A stretch of DNA of 64,000 bases, from the NCBI GenBank assembly GCA_943787795.1, contig CALSNU010000005.1:1-64000 (forward strand), read 5' to 3'. A program made the translations under genes and the position numbers. Source of the DNA: an uncultured bacterium. Lineage in GTDB: Bacteria; Planctomycetota; UBA1135; GCA-002686595. Of this stretch, positions 57,749-64,000 are shown one piece after another. Each line of letters begins with the position of its first letter. Position 1 is the stretch's first letter. The notes beneath the pieces were generated by a model, which worked only from the letters and a program-made list of their open reading frames with translations, did no database searches and was not told where the DNA came from.

Positions 57749-57892
57749 TGTCAGGTGGAGGACACGGTCACGGTGGAGGGCCCAGTGCAGGTGGGGGGCC
57801 CAGTGTAGGTGGAGGGCACAGTGCAGGTGGAGGGCCCAGTGCAGGTAGACGGCACAGCGCTGGTCGAGCACACCGCGCTGGTCGAGGGCCCG
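57749..57892. repeat. Degenerate 18-bp tandem repeat (GTGCAGGTGGAGGGCCCA-like) x8
   Basis: Units recur every 18 nt from 57749. Confidence 0.85.
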
Positions 57893-57931
57893 GCGCCGCG
57901 CAGGCGGGGCCACCCGCGAAGGGGCGGGCCC

Positions 57932-57973
57932 AAAAAAAGCGCGGGACCAACAGTCGACAGACTGCGGTCCCGC
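57932..57973 (-). terminator. Intrinsic terminator (minus strand)
   Basis: GCGGGACC-G-CAGTC-TGTC-GACTG-TT-GGTCCCGC followed by GC-T7. Confidence 0.85.
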
Positions 57974-58075
57974 AACAGAGCTCCTTACTGCTCCTTCGGC
58001 GAGCCTTCCCAGACTCACCTGCCTTTCCAAGAACAAGTACGCACGGCGGTCCCGGGGGTTACCGCTCCTCTTCGA
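57932..58075 (-). ncRNA. Candidate structured small RNA / 3' UTR
   Basis: Three consecutive stems, one with a GNRA-capped 9-bp helix, ending in the U7 terminator. Family not recognised. Confidence 0.35.
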
Positions 58076-58184
58076 ATTCCCTCGTGGCCGATGATTCGCT
58101 GCGACAATGCGCTACGCCCTCTCCCGTCCTCAGGTGGCCTGGGGCGCGACGCTGGGGGCTTCGGTTACAGAAGCGACACCCGCT

Positions 58185-59161
58185 TCATACGTCGGGTTCG
58201 AGGTGGCAGGCGCTCCTTGAGCCAAGCGCCGGCTCCGTGGTCTCGCAGCGGTCCCCCGCGACGTTGCCGCGCTCGACGCAGCGCGGGTGGAAGCGGCAGC
58301 CGGTCGGCGGGTCCAGCGGTGAGGGCACGTCGCCCTCGAGCACGATCCGCTCGCGCCCGCGCTCGATGCGCGGGTCGGGGTGCGGCACCGCGGAGAGCAG
58401 CGCGCGGGTGTAGGGGTGGCGCGGGTCGTCGAAGAGGGCGTCGCGCTCGGCGATCTCGACCACCTTGCCCAGGTACATCACCGCGACCCGATCGCAGATG
58501 TGCCGGACCACGGCGAGGTCGTGGGCGATGAAGAGGTAGGCGAGGTCGAAGCGCTCCTGCAGCTCCCCGAGGAGGTTCACCACCTGGGCCTGGATGGAGA
58601 CGTCCAGAGCGCTCACCGGCTCGTCGCAGATGATCAGGTCCGGCTCCAGGGCGAGGGCCCGGGCGATCCCGATGCGCTGCCGCTGGCCCCCGGAGAACTC
58701 GTGGGGGAAGCGGTGGATGTGCCTCGGGTTGAGGCCGACGGCGTCCAGCAGCTGCATGGCCCGCAGCCGCCGCTGGCGGGGGCGGGCGAGGCGGTGGATG
58801 CGGAGGGGCTCGGTGAGGATGGACGACACGGTCTGCCGCGGATCCAGGGACGCGTAGGGGTCCTGGAAGATCATCTGGATCTTGCGGCGGAAGGGCGCGC
58901 GATCCCGGTGCGACAGCGCGCTGATCTCCTCTCCCTCGTACATCACCTGGCCCGAGGTCGGCGGGTAGAGGCCCACGAGCGTCCGCGCGCAGGTGCTCTT
59001 GCCGCAGCCGGACTCGCCGACGAGCCCGAGGGTCTCGCCGCGGCCGAGCTCGAAGGAGACGCCGTCCACCGCGCGCAGGGTCTCTTGCTGGCCGCCGAAG
59101 AGGCCGGGGGAGCCGACCTCGAAGTGCTTGTGGAGGTCGCGGACCTCGAGCAGGGGAGCGC

Positions 59162-59165
<4 letters not shown>
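58185..59165 (-). CDS. oppF: Oligopeptide ABC transporter ATP-binding protein
   Basis: Motifs [31 protein letters not shown] and GCRFHPRC. Confidence 0.93.
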
Positions 59166-60156
<991 letters not shown>

Positions 60157-60157
<1 letters not shown>

Positions 60158-61953
60158 CAGTTCTTCCCCCGCAGCTTGGGGTCGAGGGCGTCCCGGAGCC
60201 CGTCCCCGAGGATGTTGAGGGCGAGCAGGGTGGAGCCCATGGCACCTGCGGGGAAGACGACGAGCCACCAGTAGATCTTGATGGGGTTGATGGCCTGGGT
60301 GCCGTCCACGGCGAGCAGGCCCCAGCTGACCTTGGGCGGCTCGATGCCGAGACCCAGGAACGACAGGAAGGCCTCAAAGAGCATCACCGCGGGGATCGTG
60401 AGGGTCAGGTAGACGATCACGATGGAGAGGACGTTGGGGACCACGTGGGAGAGCAGGATGCGCGTGGTCGAGGCGCCGATGACCCGCGCCGCCTCGATGA
60501 ACTCGGTGTTCTTCAGGCTCAGCACCTGGCCGCGCACCACGCGCGCCATGGTCAGCCAGTAGATGGCGCCGATGACCAGGAAGAAGATCTTCTCCCGGTC
60601 GATGCCGAACTGATCCTCGAGCTCGGTGCGGTACTCGTTGACCACCGTGATCAGGAAGATGACCACGAAGATGAAGGGGATCGAATACAGTACGTCGACG
60701 ATGCGCATCATCAGGTTGTCGATGCGCCCGCCCATGTAGCCAGAGAACGCGCCGTACAGCACGCCGATGAGCAGCGAGCACAGGGACGCGATGATGCCGA
60801 CGATGATCGACGTGCGGCTGCCCCAGACGATGCGGGCGAGCAGGTCGCGGCCCTGCCCATCGGTGCCCATCCAGTTGCCGGTCTGCCACAGGCCGAAGGT
60901 CGCGATGCGCGCCCGGCGCAGGGCGCGGTCCATGGCGCCGACCAGTCCCTTGAACTCCCAGTACCCGTCCTCGTGGCGGGTCTCCATGTAGGTGACGCCG
61001 TCGATGGGGGAGGCCGCGAGGGAGGCGGCCACCCGGCGTCCGAGGTCCATGGCCTCGACGCCCTCGAGGAGCTCGGCGTCGACGGTCTGGGCGCCGCTGG
61101 GCTCGCCGCCCCAGGACACCGCGGCGGAGCCGGGCAGCAGCGAGCCGTTGAGGAGCACCGCGGTGGGGAGCGCGTCGAGCTCGGTGGAGAGGCGGTAGGC
61201 GACGATCCAGTCGCCCAGGCCGGGGAGCGGCTCGGCGCGACCGAGGAAGAGCCTGATCGAGGCGCCCCGCGCCTCGACGGTCCAGCCCGCGACCTGGCCC
61301 ACGTCGAAGGCGGCCCCGTCCGCCCCGGTCAGGCGCAGGGAGTGGACGGCGCCGGTGGGCTCGGGATCCCCAGGTGTGAGCACCTCCCAGCAGGAGGCGG
61401 TCCCGGCGATCCCGGTGGGGCCGTAGTCCACCTGCGGCGCGTCGCCCTCCGTCATGGGGACCGAGGCGTAGGCCTGGAGCCCGTCCCCCTCGTCGGCGGG
61501 ATAGACCTCGACCACGGCGCCCCGGCTGCTGACCTCCTGGACGCGGGCGCGGGCGGCCTCCGCGGCCGCCTCGTCCTGCGCGCCGAGGATGATGGTGGAG
61601 CGGTGGCGCCACCCGTCGTTCCACAGGTTGCGCGTGGCGCGGGTGGTGGCCGCCCCGCGGTCGGGGGCCTTGGTCGGCGCTGCCGGGACGCTCCAGACCC
61701 ACTCCGGAGTCCCGGGCTCGTCCCGCAGGGAGATGGCCTTGGGCGAGGGGAGCGGCAGGAACGGCGCGAGGAGCGAGATCCCCGCGAAGGCTGCGAGGAA
61801 CAGGAGCGCGAGGAACGCGGCGCGGTTACGCCGGAGCCGACGCCAGGCGTCGGACCACAGGCTCTCGCCCTTGAACTGGCGCGCCTCCTTCGTGAGCCGC
61901 GCGAGCTCGGCCTCGTCGATGGACCAGCGGGAGTCTTGAGGAGCGTCGCTCAT
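60157..61953 (-). CDS. oppC: Oligopeptide ABC transporter permease with large inserted domain
   Basis: SLWSDAWRRLRRN N-terminus, MGTDGQGRDL, EAARVIGA and GDGLRDALDP. Confidence 0.9.
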
Positions 61954-61954
61954 C

Positions 61955-62986
61955 TCACTCGTCCTCCAGCGTGATGCGCGGGTCGAGCAGCGTGTACGCC
62001 ATGTCGACCACCGTGTTGAGGGTGTAGACGAGCACCGTGAAGAGGATCGTCACGCCCATGGCGAGGGTGTAGTCGCGGTTCGTCGCGGCGTTGATGAAGT
62101 GCGAGCCGGTGCCGGGGATGAAGAAGATCTTCTCGATCACGAGGCTGCCCGTGAGGATGCCGGCGGTGGCCGGTCCGAGGTAGGACACCACGGGGAGCAG
62201 CCCGCCCTTGAGGGCGTGGCGCATGACCACCGTGCGCGGCGCGAGCCCCTTGGCGTGGGCCGTCCGGATGTAGTCCGCGCTCAGGGTCTCCAGCATGCCC
62301 GTCCGAGTGAGACGGGCGATGTAGGCGGCGAACACGAGGCCCAGGCAGAAGCCGGGCAGGAGCATGTGCTGGATCGTGCCCCAGCCGGCCACCGGCAGGA
62401 GCGGGATCAGGAACACGAACAGGATCACCAGGAAGCTCGCGATGACGAAGTTCGGCAGGGCGATGCCGCCGGTGGCTGCGATGCGCAGCGTGAGGTCGAG
62501 CCCCGAACCTGGCCTCAGGGCCGAGGCGATGCCCGCAGACACGCCCAGGGCGATGGCGAACATCATGGACAGCACGCCGAGCAGCGCGGAGATCGGGAGG
62601 CTCTCCTCGAGGATGTCGTTGACCGTGAAGTCCTTGTAGCGGAACGACGGGCCGAAGTCCCCGGTCAGCACGCCGCCGAAGGCGCGGGTCGGCTCCCCGG
62701 CCGCGTCCTCAGACCTCCACAGCGAGAACCCGCCCTCCTCGTCGAAGGCGGCGAGGGCGCGCTGGTCATCCAGGTTGAAGGGCCCGACGTACTGCAGGTA
62801 CTGGCGCCACAACGGCCAGTCCAGGTGGTAGCGGGCCTTGATGTTGGCCTCGATGACCGGGTCGAGCTTGCGCTCCCCGTCGAAGGGCCCGCCCTTCACC
62901 GAGTGCATCAGGAAGAAGGACACGGTCATCACCGTGGAGATGGTGATGACGAACCAGAGGAAGCGTCGGGCGAGGAAGCGCAGCAC
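61955..62986 (-). CDS. oppB: Oligopeptide ABC transporter permease
   Basis: Motifs GGPF, GDFGPSF, DYIRTAHAKGL and LDPRI. Confidence 0.93.
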   Translation of the reverse strand: MLRFLARRFLWFVITISTVMTVSFFLMHSVKGGPFDGERKLDPVIEANIKARYHLDWPLWRQYLQYVGPFNLDDQRALAAFDEEGGFSLWRSEDAAGEPTRAFGGVLTGDFGPSFRYKDFTVNDILEESLPISALLGVLSMMFAIALGVSAGIASALRPGSGLDLTLRIAATGGIALPNFVIASFLVILFVFLIPLLPVAGWGTIQHMLLPGFCLGLVFAAYIARLTRTGMLETLSADYIRTAHAKGLAPRTVVMRHALKGGLLPVVSYLGPATAGILTGSLVIEKIFFIPGTGSHFINAATNRDYTLAMGVTILFTVLVYTLNTVVDMAYTLLDPRITLEDE

Positions 62987-62989
62987 GGC

Positions 62990-64000
62990 TCAGTCGCCTC
63001 CCTCGCCGACGGCCGGGGCGGTGCCCTTGGGGTGAGCGGGGGGGTAGAGACCGTCGCGCGGCCCCCAGGCCTCCACGGGCTGCATGTCGTCACGGCCCTC
63101 CAGGCGCGCGCGCTTCGCCGCCAGCTCCTCCTCGTCCATCCAGTACCAGAACTTCGGGAAGTGCTCGTCCTTGACGTTGGGGAAGTAGCCGCCGAGGCGC
63201 GGGCTGAAGGTGGTCTGGGTGACGTAGTTGTAGATCGGCAGCACGGGCAGCTCCTCCACCAGGATGGCCTCTGCCTGCTGGAGCATGGCCATGCGCTTCG
63301 CGGGGTCGAGCTCCGCTGCGGCGTCGCGCACCAGGGCGTCGTAGGCCGCGTTGCCCCACCCGGTCTTGTTGTTCTCGCCGCCGGTCACGAACAGGTCCAC
63401 GAAGTTGTTGGGGTCCGCGTAGTCGCCGATCCAGGCGGAGCGCGAGACGTCGTAGCCGACGTTGGACTGGGTGTCGAGGTACACCTTCCACTCCTGGTTC
63501 AGGAGCTTGGCGTTGATGCCGAGGTACTTGGACCAGGCGTCCGCGATGACCAGCGCGATCTGCATGTGCGCGTCCGCGGTGTTGTAGTGGATCTCGATGG
63601 TGGGGAAGGTCTTGCCGCCGGCGCCGTAGCCGGCCTCCGCGATCAGCCGCTTGGCCTCGGCCACGTCCGCCTCATAGGTCGCGCCGTGGGGCATGTTCGC
63701 GTTCGTGTACCCGGCGAGGCCGGGGGGCACGAGGGCGTAGGCGGGGACCTGGCCGGCCTTGGTCACCTTCTCGCAGATGTCCTGCCGGGGGATCGTCAGC
63801 GACAGCGCGCGACGGACGCGCGCGTCATCCAGGGGCGGCTTGGTGACGTTGACCCGGTAGAAGTAGGTGCCCAGGTAGGGGATGGGGTTGAAGTCCTCCC
63901 GGGGCATCAGCTCCTGGATGACGTTGGCCGGGGGCACGTCGATCCAGTGGCACTCGCCCGTGAGGTAGAGGTTGAGCGCCGTCGTGTACGACTCCACGGC
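62990..64000 (-). CDS. oppA: Oligopeptide ABC transporter substrate-binding protein (5' part outside window)
   Basis: Motifs DARVRRALSL, EWKVYL, RSAWIGDYADP and PVLPIY. Confidence 0.9.
   Translation of the reverse strand, partial: AVESYTTALNLYLTGECHWIDVPPANVIQELMPREDFNPIPYLGTYFYRVNVTKPPLDDARVRRALSLTIPRQDICEKVTKAGQVPAYALVPPGLAGYTNANMPHGATYEADVAEAKRLIAEAGYGAGGKTFPTIEIHYNTADAHMQIALVIADAWSKYLGINAKLLNQEWKVYLDTQSNVGYDVSRSAWIGDYADPNNFVDLFVTGGENNKTGWGNAAYDALVRDAAAELDPAKRMAMLQQAEAILVEELPVLPIYNYVTQTTFSPRLGGYFPNVKDEHFPKFWYWMDEEELAAKRARLEGRDDMQPVEAWGPRDGLYPPAHPKGTAPAVGEGGD

Noticed and set aside
57975..58075. Glycine/lysine riboswitch or SRP RNA (contains CGCCGAAGGAGCA, GGAAAGG, CAGG..AGCAG)
   Set aside because: The remaining consensus elements and spacing do not fit, and there is no credible downstream gene on that strand.

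Overview
High-GC (about 70%+ by eye) bacterial DNA using standard code 11; many genes end in TGA with ATGA/TGATG overlaps. A PVC-type CxxCH dehydrogenase, FG-GAP proteins and a '..FQAWHRD..SNF' C-terminal domain suggest a planctomycete (inference). About 50 genes are present: coaD, ridA, ychF, murQ, nrnA, cutA, crcB, modABC, oppABCDF, a MacAB-TolC-type exporter, comEC/comM, an arsS + AhpD-like pair and a putative Fur-boxed porin/FMN-binding/cytochrome b-like operon. The main finding is hidden between two ORF-track calls (49308..49538 and 48762..49235, minus strand). They are in frame and join into one 290-aa secreted monoheme cytochrome c (48666..49538) with two in-frame UGA codons (77 and 259), each followed by a SECIS-like hairpin with a GU loop. 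This is a candidate di-selenocysteine cytochrome c, with U77 placed as a possible heme distal ligand. Also noted: an unlisted 55-aa membrane protein after murQ, a structured ncRNA candidate after oppF, homopolymer frameshifts (probably sequencing errors) and many short tandem repeats. No rRNA, tRNA, CRISPR array or intact mobile element was recognised.
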